From a virus, in IMG/VR virus record IMGVR_UViG_3300037222_000100, positions 103,870-167,869 of that record: DNA of 64,000 nucleotides. One strand, given 5' to 3'. Below are positions 21,115 through 32,300 of the stretch, in pieces. A program made the translations under genes and the position numbers. Under the pieces are notes generated by a model, which saw nothing but the letters and a program-made list of their open reading frames with translations, was not told the DNA's origin and did no database searches. Numbering within the stretch: position 1 is the first letter of the stretch; each line of letters begins with the position of its first letter.

Positions 21115-21650
21115 GGTCGATAACGCGCGAGGATTTCATCCGCGAAAGCGATGAGGTCTTTTACTCTCGCCCCCGCCGGATGCTTGCCGGACCATAACTC
21201 AAGGTTCGTGGGACGGTTGTCGTGACGAATGAGATTCTTGTGATGAACCGTCTCATCTGGGAAGAGGGCTCGACCAAGGTGCTTTTCCATGACGAGACGA
21301 TGCTTGGGCGTTTTCTTCGTCCCAACGATCACATATCCTTCATCATTGATGAATCCTGATCCGTTGGATTTGCGCTTGCGAAGTCGTCGTTTGAGAGGCT
21401 TGCCTTGGAATTGTTGCAGATAATGCCCATTGCAGAGGCCCTTTGCCTTGACGGGTTCTGAGCAACCGCGCACAGAACAGATTGCGCCCGTACAAGCGTG
21501 TGGCGGTGCATGTATTTGGAGGGGTTTCAAAGGCTTCCCGTGCAGTTGTTGCCGATAGTGCGGCTCACAAAGACCCTTAGTGCAAGCAGGACGTTCGCAT
21601 CCCAAAAACGCACAAATCACCATGCCATCAAGTTTAGCAGCGCCAGACAT
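21111..21650 (-). CDS. HNH endonuclease with two N-terminal CxxxxC..LCxxHY repeats
   Basis: HRLVMEKHLGR..VHHKN..DNR..NLELW. Confidence 0.93.
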   Translation of the reverse strand: MSGAAKLDGMVICAFLGCERPACTKGLCEPHYRQQLHGKPLKPLQIHAPPHACTGAICSVRGCSEPVKAKGLCNGHYLQQFQGKPLKRRLRKRKSNGSGFINDEGYVIVGTKKTPKHRLVMEKHLGRALFPDETVHHKNLIRHDNRPTNLELWSGKHPAGARVKDLIAFADEILARYRP

Positions 21651-21712
21651 TACAGGATCACTGTAAGGACCCGTACGCCGAGAAAGAGGCGGCTCCGCGC
21701 GAGTAATGAGTA

Positions 21713-22453
21713 ATGGCCCTCCCTGAGCTTATAGCCAACTCGCCCAACCCTGGCGTACGTGAACCGTTGACAACGCTCGCCGAAGCACTCAGCGAAGCGG
21801 GTCTTAGTCTCAAACTCACTGCCAAACTTCCTACGGCGCTTCAAGGGCCAGGACAGACACGATTGCTCATAGACAACGAGATCATTCTGATCGAAGCAAC
21901 GAGCGAAACGACAGTGACCATCCTCGAACGGGGAGCGGAGGGATCGACCAAAAAAGCACACGTCAGCGGTTCGCAGGTCTACCATATCCTCACTACCGAA
22001 GGAGCGAAGCGTGCATTGACACTGGGCGCAAGCACTGCGGGCTCGGCATATCGCTCATCTCTTCAGAAAATCCCTACCGCCAGTGGCACACGCGTCAAAC
22101 TTGACAAAGTGCTATTTGATCTTGGAGCAAATTTCAACATCGCTGAAGGATTTTATGTTGTCCCGGTAGCCGGGTATTACTCGGTAACTGGGGTCGCAAG
22201 CATCGCCCTTACTGCGGTAGCCGAAGCGACCTTTATCGTTGCTATCGGTGTCAACGGTATCGAACGAATTCGCGGTCATCGATTCGAAGCTAAACCCGGC
22301 GCTCCGGGGTTGGAGAATGGAACGGCAGCAGGAATCTTGCAATTAGCCAAAGGCGATAAAGTGGAATTGATCGCTTGGCAATTCACAGGAGCCGAACGAG
22401 AACTTGAGATCGCCGAAACCGAGAATCGACTCGATGTGGTAAGGATGGCATAA
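21713..22453 (+). CDS. Tail/fibre protein with C-terminal C1q-like domain
   Basis: V.FD.GANF..F.VPVAGYY..L.L.KGDKVEL. Confidence 0.75.
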   Translation: MALPELIANSPNPGVREPLTTLAEALSEAGLSLKLTAKLPTALQGPGQTRLLIDNEIILIEATSETTVTILERGAEGSTKKAHVSGSQVYHILTTEGAKRALTLGASTAGSAYRSSLQKIPTASGTRVKLDKVLFDLGANFNIAEGFYVVPVAGYYSVTGVASIALTAVAEATFIVAIGVNGIERIRGHRFEAKPGAPGLENGTAAGILQLAKGDKVELIAWQFTGAERELEIAETENRLDVVRMA

Positions 22454-23283
22454 TGGCCCTTCCAGAGCTAATCGTCAATTCCCCAACGCCTGGTGTACAG
22501 GAACCGATTGCTACGCTCGCTGAAGCGTTGACTGAAGAAGGCGGCACAGTCAAACTCTCACAGCCGATGCCAGCCGGATTGCAAGGCACGGGACAAACGC
22601 GGCTCCTGATCGACCACGAGATCATCCTTATTGAAGGCTCAGCGAGTCCCAACGTTACGGTGATCACACGAGGGGCAGAGGGTACTGCGAAAGCCATACA
22701 TGCTGTCAACACCAAAGTCTACCACGTACCCACGGCCGAAGGACTGAGACGCGCTCTTGCTCCATCGCTCGTGTCGGCGCTCCCCGGCAGCCCCATCGAT
22801 GGGCAGGAAGTGTACTACCAAAACACGGCTATGGGTGAATCTGGTGTCACCTGGCTGCTTCGCTATCGAGCGGCGTCGGCCTCTACCCACAAGTGGGAGT
22901 TCGTCGGGGGACCGGATTGGACCAAAGGACCATCGGGCACCGTCACGATTACAGCCATCGAAGAAAAACCTTTGGAAGGTGGCCCGGAAATCGTTGTGCC
23001 GCTGACAGGCGATTACGTGGCCAACATGGCAATGAGCATGCAACTCAACGTTGAAGGTCTACAGGAATTGTTCGGTCTGCTTTGCAAGAATGGTGTGGCG
23101 ATTGCTACGCCGATCATCCTCACAACCAATCCAACATTCTCACGCCTAGTGGCTTCGGGAACTAGCGGGCCGATATCACTCGCCGCCGCAGACAAACTGA
23201 CGCTCGCTGGCAAAAACGCTTTCGCTAAATCAGCCGGGTATGGATTGGGCGTTCTATCTCTCTCGCCTATAAGAGTCGGCTAG
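22453..23283 (+). CDS. Tail/fibre protein, paralog sharing a ~100-aa N-terminal module with the upstream gene
   Basis: MALPELIxNSPxPGVxEP..GQTRLLIDxEIILIE..RGAEG in both. Confidence 0.75.
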   Translation: MALPELIVNSPTPGVQEPIATLAEALTEEGGTVKLSQPMPAGLQGTGQTRLLIDHEIILIEGSASPNVTVITRGAEGTAKAIHAVNTKVYHVPTAEGLRRALAPSLVSALPGSPIDGQEVYYQNTAMGESGVTWLLRYRAASASTHKWEFVGGPDWTKGPSGTVTITAIEEKPLEGGPEIVVPLTGDYVANMAMSMQLNVEGLQELFGLLCKNGVAIATPIILTTNPTFSRLVASGTSGPISLAAADKLTLAGKNAFAKSAGYGLGVLSLSPIRVG

Positions 23284-23320
23284 CGCCCTCTCAGCCCGAT
23301 TCGCTGAGGTAATAGGTGCG

Positions 23321-26300
23321 ATGGCCTTTCCTACAGTATCTCTGCTCGACAGCTTCAAACGAGCCGCAGAATCTCCACTCGGTCTAAACGAACCGTGGAA
23401 AACCGATTGGAAACTCATCAATGGCTGTACGGCCACAGGTGAAATCAAAGCGGGGGAACTCTACACAGCCAAAACGGCGTTTGCAACAGGTGAAGATGGT
23501 GCCTATTGGACCCTCGCTGAATTCACCAATCCTGGCGTCGCATGCGAAGTTCGAGCACTCACGACCGCCGAACGCCGTCTCGATCTCTGGGCCTGCCTAA
23601 GTAAACCAACCGAAGCAACGAAGAGTGGATATCGGCTCTCGGTAATCGCTGAAGCGACCGCAGGTAAATACACCTTCAAGCTAGAGAAGTGCGTCACGGG
23701 TACCTTCTCGACTCTCGTTGAAACGACGGCCATTGCAGTCGCCGTTGGTGACCGGATTGGCATCTCTGTACAGGCGGGCAAAGTCATTGCGTGGAAGAAA
23801 GTCGGAGCCGGAGCCTGGGAAGAAGTCAACTCCAAAGCGGATGCGGCATTCACCAAAGGTTTCGTTGGGATCATCTCTAAGGGAACGGGCCTGGCGGAGG
23901 CTCGCAACTTCGAAGCCGGTCCTAGCACAGTCATAGTGCAAAAACTCACAGCCAAACTAGAACCGGCTATTCCATCGTTCTCGAAACTCCTCAAGGCCAT
24001 CAAGAATCTGCGTGCCGTCTTGGGCGACACTATCGAATACGGAGCCGCGCTTGGCATGGACATGCTCGGTGCCCTTCAGTTGGGTGGCCTAGCAACGGAG
24101 AACTCGACCCTCACTGCACAGCTTCCTCGTCGCTTCGAATTCGTACGCACGTTCGTTGCTCAGTTGGGTGGACTCATCAACACTGCGGCTGCCTCGTTGG
24201 CTGTCAACTCCCTGACGGCATTCGAGCTAGGCGGCTCGACAGGTTCGACCTTGACGGCCAACATGGTGCCCTTCCTCCCGCGCACTCGATTCCTCGCAGT
24301 GTTGTCTTGGTCGGGGCATTTGACACGCACCGTTCGCTACTCTAGCGGGACGGCCAAATTCCCCATCGTCACTCTCCTCGATAGCTTCAAACGGGCCGAA
24401 GAAAACCCATTGAGCAATGGCGGCAAATGGGGCTTGAACAAACCGGGCAAAAACACGGGAGCGGTCAAAGAAGAAGCGTGGCTTTCTCTCCAGAATCCGA
24501 TATCGAAAGGCATATCCGCAGCGTACTGGACGCTCCGAGAATACACACGGCCCGGTGTGGCCGTCCAGGTTCATAAACTGGGTGAACACACAATCGAACT
24601 TTGGGCCTGTCTCAAAAAACCAACCGAAGCCAAAAAAAGTGCATACGTCCTCGAAGTCCAGGAAGAAGAACTAGCGGGCAAACGCACATTCGTATTGCGC
24701 CGATTTCTCGAAACAGAAGTTACAACGGAACTAGCCAGGACAGAAAACGTAACGGTCGCCGTAGGAGATCGCCTTGGCATCTCTGTACAGAATGGCAAAG
24801 TCCGTGGGTGGCTCAAAAAAGGAACTGGCGCTTGGGAAGTCATTGTCGAAGTTGCTGACGCCAACATCACCGTTGGATTCGTCGGCCTCTCTGGACAAGA
24901 GAGTCTCGAAGTGCCTTTCGCCGACTACACCAACTTCGAAGCGGGTGAACTTACAGCCATCATACGCATGATCGCTGAACTCGGCAGCGCGAGCAAATCA
25001 TCTCGCAATGCGCTACGGGCAATCGCGGCTTCACTCAAACCCGAAGTCACCGAGCAAAGAAACACGCTTCACGCATTCTTGGCAGCGCTCAAACCAGCAG
25101 GGTCCCTGATACCGAAATCTGAAGTCATCGTGGAACACCTGATGGCCGCATTGAGCTTCCTCGGGATTTTGCCACGCAATACCACACACGCATTGCCAGC
25201 CTCGCTTTCCTTCCTAGGTGCGCTTCCTCGCAACATCACCGACTTCCTCGCAGCGCACTTGAGCTTCACCGGGGCGTTGCCTCGCAACATCACGCGGTCT
25301 ACTGAGGCTGAACTTGGCCTTGCAGGTACTCTCCCTCGCAACACGACCGCTGCGCTTCTGGCCAAACTGACTTTTGCCGGAACGCTCTCTCGCAATATCC
25401 TTCGCAACCTGTCAGCCACGCTCACTCCGGAAGCACACCTTGGTAGGGCGATTAGCCATGTCCTTTCGGCCAGCGTTTCCTTCGTCGGCTCGTTGCCTCG
25501 TGAGACGCTGCACGCGCTCGAAGCCACCATCGAATTTGTTGGTAACCCACAACGAGTTATCGTCACGACAAGGATCGCGACCCTGAGCTTCGTAGGGTCC
25601 CTCGAAGAGCGCCTCAGCAAGAACTTCGAAGCGGTACTCTCGTTCGTAGGAACGTTGCCGAGGAACATCCGTCATCGTCTTAGCGGCATCCTCTCCTTCT
25701 CCACGACCCTGCTCGATGATGTGATCTTCCCGCTTAGGGCGACGATCTCATTCGATGTCACCCTGCGAAAAGAATTCGAACTGATCCACCGTCTCGAAGC
25801 AAGTCTCTCGTTCATCGGAGCCCTCCCTAGGAACATCCGTAGGCTCACTCGTGCGCACTTGACACCGGAAGGAACCCTTCCTCGTAACACCACCCATGAA
25901 CTATCGGCCACGCTCTCCTCGGCCGTCATTCTGAGCCGCGCTATTACAGCCGCACTAGCGGCTTCTCTCGCGCTCGAAGTAACGGCTGGGCGATCTACCG
26001 TCCACAACCTCGAAGCAGCCCTGAGCCCCACTGGACGCCTCTCTCGTGCCTTTTTGAAGGGCCTTGCCGCTACGCTCGCGTTCGAGGGACGTTTGCGGCG
26101 TTCTGTGGCCCACCTACTTACGTCTAGCCTCAACTTCCGAGGTAACCTCACATCCCTCACTCGCCATGGATTTGAAGCCGCACTCGAACTGTCAGCCAGG
26201 ATCAATCGAGAAAGCATTAGAAAGGTCCTTCAGGCCAGCCTCAGCTTCACCGCTAGCCTGCCACGTCAGATCACGCATTCCCTTCGCGCTGCGCTCTCGT

Positions 26301-26524
26301 TCTTGGGCCGCATCCGCAGGCCGCACGCAGGTACCCTCGTTGACTACGTGGTTCTCAAATTCGTGTCGGAGCCACCTAGCCTGACCGTGGTCTACAAGGA
26401 AGGTAAACCGGTCAGCGTGATCGACCGACTCTCCGACTATCCAGACACCGAACTGTCCGACTTCCCCGAACTCGAATTCGTGTCCATCGTTGAGAAGCGA
26501 CGCATCCTGAGAGGGAATAACTGA
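23321..26524 (+). CDS. 1067-aa virion fibre-like protein: two FPxxxLLDSFKR beta domains plus many ~22-aa LxAxLSFxGxLPR repeats
   Basis: Repeats visible in the translation. Confidence 0.8.
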   Translation: MAFPTVSLLDSFKRAAESPLGLNEPWKTDWKLINGCTATGEIKAGELYTAKTAFATGEDGAYWTLAEFTNPGVACEVRALTTAERRLDLWACLSKPTEATKSGYRLSVIAEATAGKYTFKLEKCVTGTFSTLVETTAIAVAVGDRIGISVQAGKVIAWKKVGAGAWEEVNSKADAAFTKGFVGIISKGTGLAEARNFEAGPSTVIVQKLTAKLEPAIPSFSKLLKAIKNLRAVLGDTIEYGAALGMDMLGALQLGGLATENSTLTAQLPRRFEFVRTFVAQLGGLINTAAASLAVNSLTAFELGGSTGSTLTANMVPFLPRTRFLAVLSWSGHLTRTVRYSSGTAKFPIVTLLDSFKRAEENPLSNGGKWGLNKPGKNTGAVKEEAWLSLQNPISKGISAAYWTLREYTRPGVAVQVHKLGEHTIELWACLKKPTEAKKSAYVLEVQEEELAGKRTFVLRRFLETEVTTELARTENVTVAVGDRLGISVQNGKVRGWLKKGTGAWEVIVEVADANITVGFVGLSGQESLEVPFADYTNFEAGELTAIIRMIAELGSASKSSRNALRAIAASLKPEVTEQRNTLHAFLAALKPAGSLIPKSEVIVEHLMAALSFLGILPRNTTHALPASLSFLGALPRNITDFLAAHLSFTGALPRNITRSTEAELGLAGTLPRNTTAALLAKLTFAGTLSRNILRNLSATLTPEAHLGRAISHVLSASVSFVGSLPRETLHALEATIEFVGNPQRVIVTTRIATLSFVGSLEERLSKNFEAVLSFVGTLPRNIRHRLSGILSFSTTLLDDVIFPLRATISFDVTLRKEFELIHRLEASLSFIGALPRNIRRLTRAHLTPEGTLPRNTTHELSATLSSAVILSRAITAALAASLALEVTAGRSTVHNLEAALSPTGRLSRAFLKGLAATLAFEGRLRRSVAHLLTSSLNFRGNLTSLTRHGFEAALELSARINRESIRKVLQASLSFTASLPRQITHSLRAALSFLGRIRRPHAGTLVDYVVLKFVSEPPSLTVVYKEGKPVSVIDRLSDYPDTELSDFPELEFVSIVEKRRILRGNN

Positions 26525-26525
26525 G

Positions 26526-27509
26526 ATGCCCAAAGAATCTGAAACGTTCAAAGCAAGTTTGACTTTCGCGGGCGCTCTACCTCGCAAAACCTTGCATGTC
26601 TTCCGTGCGCGAGTGCGCTTTCAGGGATCGCAGAATCGTGCGATGACACATTCGTTCCAAGCTGTTCTAGGTCCGACCGGTGTCCTAGCGCGAGTACTGG
26701 CGACCTTGCATCTCGTCGCATCGATCCGGTTTACGACTACTCTCCCTTCCATCTTCCATCGAGTTCTTCATGCCGCATTGACATTCGTCGGAGCACGACG
26801 ACGCAACACCACGCATGCGCTCCAGGCAACTCTCACTCCCAAAGGGCGACCGCTGCGGCGCTTCTTCATCGTGCCGTTCCGAGCAGTCCTATCGCCGTCT
26901 GTCTTGCTAGTGCGCGTGATCCGTCACCGTCTTCGGGCATCGCTCTCACCGACCGTCACGATGCTAAGTTTTCTCGCAAGAAAACTTAGCAGTTCGCTCT
27001 CCTTCGCAGCGCATCTTCCGCGCTCAACGCAGCATGCCCTTGGGGCTTCTCTCCGGCCATCTGGCGTACTTGGTGTCCACACTGAAGGCATGATCAAACG
27101 CTTCAACGCCACCTTGAGTCCCACCAGTGGACTCGCGCCCAACAAGACTGTGCGCCAGAAGTTCCTTGCGACTCTTGATCTCCGTTTCGCCGAACCGCAC
27201 ACATTGGTGTCTACGGTTACGCATACTCTTGGCCCCGATACTGTGACGCTGCTATCGCAGTCCACACCTTCATTGACGGTGCGCGTCGGCACAGACGCGA
27301 TCATCGATCAGACGGAAGATGGCAACGTCACAGAGCTAGCGCCGGATACTATCGAAGACGGCCTACATGACATCGTAGAGATCGGGTTCGAGCAGAAGCA
27401 ACTGCCGTTCGAGGATAGGTTGACGGACCCTCAGACCTTGGTACTCGATGAACTTGAAGATGATGAGCTAGACAGCACCAACATCATTCAGCGTTGGTTC
27501 CGGCGCTAG
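26526..27509 (+). CDS. Protein with the same ~22-aa repeats and an acidic tail
   Basis: FKASLTFAGALPR, LxAxLxP repeats. Confidence 0.75.
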   Translation: MPKESETFKASLTFAGALPRKTLHVFRARVRFQGSQNRAMTHSFQAVLGPTGVLARVLATLHLVASIRFTTTLPSIFHRVLHAALTFVGARRRNTTHALQATLTPKGRPLRRFFIVPFRAVLSPSVLLVRVIRHRLRASLSPTVTMLSFLARKLSSSLSFAAHLPRSTQHALGASLRPSGVLGVHTEGMIKRFNATLSPTSGLAPNKTVRQKFLATLDLRFAEPHTLVSTVTHTLGPDTVTLLSQSTPSLTVRVGTDAIIDQTEDGNVTELAPDTIEDGLHDIVEIGFEQKQLPFEDRLTDPQTLVLDELEDDELDSTNIIQRWFRR

Positions 27510-28369
27510 CCGACGATCATCTGAGTGGCGTTGCGCTTGGTGGTCAGTTCTTCGATGACCCATTCAAATTCCACAGAGTCTTCTCCTGCGCCTTTGACGG
27601 TAATCGTAACCATTGTCGATTCTAGTTTGGTCGGTTTGCCGGTGATCTTACCCGTGCCGACTTTGATGGTCAAGCCTTCTGGCAACCCGCTAGCTTCATA
27701 GGTCGTAGTATCTGTCGCCTCGATCTGCAATTCAACGGTTTCGCCCAGCCCGTTATGCTGTGTACCGGGATCGTTGACGCTCGTACCTCCGCCGCCCGCT
27801 TCGAAATTGGTTGTGTTACCGTCGGCGGCTTCGACGGCAAAACCGACGAACCCTGTCGTATAGGTGGCATCCGATACGGCGTGTCGTTCTTCCCATTCTC
27901 CTGCGCCTTTTTTGCGCCAGTATACGACTTGACCACCTTGGACAGATAGACCTACGCGATCACCAACTTCGAAAACCTCGGCTGCCGTAGTGGACAGAAC
28001 GGTGAAGCCGTTTTCGTCACATCGTTCTAGTTTGACTTCGAATTTGCCGCCGCCGCCAGTGTGTTTGAGCTTGAGACGATAGCCACTGATTTTTGCAGTC
28101 GTTGGGTCCGAGATACAAGCCCAGAGTGACCAATAACCCGCATCATCAATTCTTTTGTCACGCGTTATGGCAACGCCCGGACTAGCAAATTCGAGGGGGC
28201 TCCAATATGCACCTTCTACTTTGCCAGTATTAGCATTTTCCCAATTTTCTCCGTTGCACGATCCGGTTGTGGCGTTGATGGGAAAGAACGTTTTCCATTG
28301 GGCTCCATTGGAGAGCGGATTTTCAGTCCGTTTGAAGCTATCAAGGACGGCGGTCGTCGGGAAGGACAT
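27506..28369 (-). CDS. Third FPxxxxLDSFKR domain fused to a putative Ig domain
   Basis: SFPTTAVLDSFKR..GDRVGLSVQ; ASGLPEGLTI..G.ITG.PT..FEW. Confidence 0.8.
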   Translation of the reverse strand: MSFPTTAVLDSFKRTENPLSNGAQWKTFFPINATTGSCNGENWENANTGKVEGAYWSPLEFASPGVAITRDKRIDDAGYWSLWACISDPTTAKISGYRLKLKHTGGGGKFEVKLERCDENGFTVLSTTAAEVFEVGDRVGLSVQGGQVVYWRKKGAGEWEERHAVSDATYTTGFVGFAVEAADGNTTNFEAGGGGTSVNDPGTQHNGLGETVELQIEATDTTTYEASGLPEGLTIKVGTGKITGKPTKLESTMVTITVKGAGEDSVEFEWVIEELTTKRNATQMIVG

Positions 28370-29133
28370 TACGCCACCGTGGCAACGTGCTCAATGAACG
28401 CAGTAAGGGCAAGCCCTTCGGGTGTGCTTTCGATGGTAGTACAGACCAATGTGAGTTTGTCTTTGTCTCCAAGCGCCGTAGGAGATTCGAGTTTGAGCGC
28501 TTCGGCTGCCGTTTTCGCTTTGACTTTGGTTGAGCCACCTTCGAATTTGAGAGCCACTCCATTGAGCATGAGTTCGAATTCGGCTTTGCCTTTCACGAGT
28601 TCGAATTCGATTTCTATGAGAGTCTTTGTCTCGCCAGGTCCGAGGCGGAAGAACCCGCCAGGGACCGTTCCTTCGGTAACCTTTTCGGCGATGGCCCAAG
28701 TCGGCCCTGTGATGAAGTGAGCGTGAAGCCCGGTGACAAAGATCGGCTGCCATTCCCCTTCGACATAGCAGAACACTTCCCTGGTTTCCTCGATCAGACG
28801 TGCATCCCCCGGTTCGTGATCCGTGAGTGCTTCGAGCGCTGCTTTGTCAGCGACGGGGGCCTGCCAAGAAGAGAGCGACTTCCATTCTTTCGCTACGTCG
28901 TCATACCCATAGAGCCGGAGGGATTCTATGACCAAGCGCACATCTCCGCCTTCAGGGCTTGAGAGCGCAAGCAAAGCGGCATGCGTAGTGACGGGCTCTA
29001 GCCAGTGGACTTCGTATTCTTCCGTGAATTTGGACAGACGCGTTTCGAGCGCCTGCGCCGTTTCGCGGTCGAACGGGGTGTTTTCGCTAGGAAGGTTTTC
29101 CCACGGGAAGAGGGTGAATTTGACCGGCATCAC
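28369..29133 (-). CDS. Virion/tail protein with a duplicated W..PV...AAL.AL...GD.RL motif
   Basis: Internal repeat; coupled to the downstream gene. Confidence 0.65.
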   Translation of the reverse strand: MMPVKFTLFPWENLPSENTPFDRETAQALETRLSKFTEEYEVHWLEPVTTHAALLALSSPEGGDVRLVIESLRLYGYDDVAKEWKSLSSWQAPVADKAALEALTDHEPGDARLIEETREVFCYVEGEWQPIFVTGLHAHFITGPTWAIAEKVTEGTVPGGFFRLGPGETKTLIEIEFELVKGKAEFELMLNGVALKFEGGSTKVKAKTAAEALKLESPTALGDKDKLTLVCTTIESTPEGLALTAFIEHVATVA

Positions 29134-29306
29134 CCATTACTATCGCGCAAGCTCCTCTTTCTCTGGCCTCCAGGGAAAGTCTCGTCGGTCATGGAGCGCC
29201 AAGCCAATGCCCACGATGATCAAGACGAGTCCATCGAGTCCGTGATGCAGGTGTCGCCCGCACAGATAGACCCGGCGCGGAGCGGGTGTGATGTGGATGA
29301 GCTTCC

Positions 29307-32300
29307 TCATAGTCCTGGTACGTCATTCTGGAACTGGACGTTATGGTAGCGGCTCTCGTCCAGGCTATCCGGTTCGGTGCGCTGCGGCTCGGTGTTGGCG
29401 AAGTCCCATCCTTCTGACGAGTCGAGCTTGAGACGTTGATCGTATGCCCGTAGCGCCGCTGCTAGCTCAGGAGTCGAAGATTCAGCGTTCTCGTAGTTGC
29501 GGTCCATCGCGCCCTGGTCGCGCACCGTCCCATTGGGCCGGATGATCAGATGATGGGCCGGTCCCGGCTGTGCCGCGTTTTCATCGTCACCCCATACATC
29601 GCCGTGCGTGCGTTCATCGGCCCACGTCACGAGATGGTCGGTGTCCGGATAGTAGATACCCTTGCCCCATTGCCCCGGTTCCCATGGTGCGGGTGTAGCC
29701 CCAGCCGTGAACTGATGCGCTTCAAGCGGCTCCCAAGCTCCAGCGCGCATCACGCCCGGCGTCAATGCCTCGGGAGGAATCACGCCCCGGTATCCAATGT
29801 GGTTGCCCTGAGCAACTTGACGCTCCGTCTCACCAGGCACGTCTCCGTATCCCATGGCGTCGGCCATCTGCCCCAACGAGTCGTATCCCTCCTGTGGACT
29901 GATAGTCGCTTCAGGAATCATGTTGTCCTCATCGGGGTTGATGTGCTGAGGGTCCAAGTGTGCCGGATTGATCTTCAACACGATAGGCTCCTCTGGCGGA
30001 TCAGCACGCCTGTCTACATCATCGATTGATCGATCTCTAGCGTCCATGGGATACTGAGCCATGTATACATGACCGGGGCGCGGGATTAGCCACTCATCTG
30101 GCGTTGTCTTTCCGAACTCATTCGGATTGGGTTTCCCATAGTTGGTTCCTCCGGCAACGTCAGAGTCCCAAGGGTGCAATCCGTTGCGCATGATCGACTC
30201 TAGGCGCGCGGGCGTCGTGCCATGGTATAGGGCGCTCTTTGGCCCCTTCTGCCAATTGTGCCAAAAGCTCTCGTCAACCGGCATGGCCGTCTTGAGTTGC
30301 CATTTCTCGTCATTTTTGGCAATTCCCGTGAAGCTGAACATCTGCTGTTGTCCCGTACCTCCTGGACCGATCTTCCAAGTGTTCTGCGGGTCATACAGAT
30401 GTGGTGTATGTGGCCACACAATACCCGGCTGAGGAGGTTCACGATGATAGGGACCCAGATACCCCTCTTCGGGGGGTGCTTGAGGGATATTGACCTCCCA
30501 ACTCGGGAATGTCTCATTCCAGCGCTGGATGTTCCGAACATGATCATTGTCAGGCTGCTCTCCCGGCTCCATCAACTCGCCGTTCTCGCCATACGTTTCA
30601 TTGATGTGATTCTGGAGAGCATCTGTCATCTCGCTTTGATGGCCATGGTGTTTGATAGCTTCGAGGAACTCTTGCTGCTGCTGGTCGAATCGCCTATCGT
30701 GGAACTCTTGCTGCTGTCGAGAGCGAGCCGGGTCCTGACCCTCGGGCGCATGATACACATGTTTGTACTGGTCCGCGTAGTCCGCACTTACGCCTGTCCA
30801 CTCCGGCTCTTCCCAGTTGTACTCGGTATTTTCTCCAGGTTCGCGTCCTTCAACGAAGTCGTGTTCTACCTCCTGATACCGTCTATCAGGGTGATGGTAT
30901 TGAGTGTAGTCGCTTACGTCTTCTGCCTGCGGAAAGTTGGCATAGAGCAGTTCACGATCTTCTTCAGGGTCCTCCTCTTCGTGGCCAACGGCATTATCGC
31001 GTTCCGTCTCTTTGCCCACATGATCGCCCCACTCATTGAGCATGTCCTGATACTCCGGCTTGACTGGATCATCATTTGGCCCGAACATCTCTGCCAGCGT
31101 TCCATCGGAGTTGTAGTGCCAAGTAACATGCGGACGCCCCTTCGGGTCGCGCAGTGAGTAAGCGTCGATCAAACCGTTTTCAAGGCAGTGGCCATATTTC
31201 TCATCGTTGCCAATGCAGTGACCCATCATGGTACCCTCGGCACCTAGGTCCTCCGCGTCCTGCAATTGCTTGATGTGCCAGCCCGACTTGCGGGGGGCAA
31301 CTGTCTTGGGGTACATCTCGCGCAATGACCTTAGCTCCGGGTCGGTGTCGCCCTTGCCTTCGCGCTCCGCCCGTTCGACATCTACGCGACCTAGACCTGT
31401 ATGATACTGATCCTCGTTTTCAGCCACTCGGTCCCAATCAATCCCCGACACGCCACCCTTATGTGGCTCGAACTTATGAACCACCTTGCCTGCATGGCTA
31501 AGTTCCTCGGTCTGTTTTTCACGACGCACTTCCTCGCTATGGGCTCGCGCTCTCTCGTTCATTTTCTGCGGCGTCCAATCACCTTCTAGAACATTGACGC
31601 CTCGACGTAGCGGATGCTGACGAGCCTCGTACCAATTGTGCCAGTTAGGAAGGACATGATCGAGTGGATTGAAGTAACGGTCTTCGACATTGGCCTTAAC
31701 CTTGTCGGAGTAAGGACGCTCACCCTCGGGAACAGGACTCCAGTCTTCTGGCTCTTCATCGCGTCCCTTTTGGAACTCTCGAAAGGCCCGATTCTTCTCC
31801 TCTTGCTCCCGTTCGCCGTCATCGACCTCTTGCTTTTTCTGCTTCCAATCCTTCAACCATCGCTCGTAAGAATTGCCACCTTGCCAGAACTGAAGGTGAG
31901 GACCTCCGACAGTGCCCTCCGGAAGGTCCCTATCTCCGCCAACACGAATGTCCCCCTTCTTGAAACGATGGGCTAGATACGGTGCGAGCGACTCGCGCTC
32001 CTCACCTAGTCGCTCGACCATGATGCGCTTGAACTCCTCGCCCTCTGGTGTGCGAAGGGCCTTGTCCGGCGCTTTCAGGACTTTGTTCAGATTCGGGCCA
32101 CCGAGCTTGGTCAGTTTCGCGTGCGCGTCATTCCACGGGCAGTTGCAACGCTCTCCCGTCCAGAGGTTATGATGCCACGTCCCCGTCGAGTTGCCGAAGT
32201 GCCATTGCTCCTTGCCGTGGAAACCAACATCCTTGAAACGAGGGTCCGCTTCTTCCACTATGCGTCGATAGTCGCGAGGGTCGTTCTCGCCGTATTGCTC

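Noticed and set aside
30258-31157. 299-aa hydrophobic plus-strand ORF inside the 1216-aa gene
   Set aside because: Looks like the antisense shadow of an acidic host region; no extended -10 with leaderless spacing was seen, unlike the cassettes in the 780-aa ORF.
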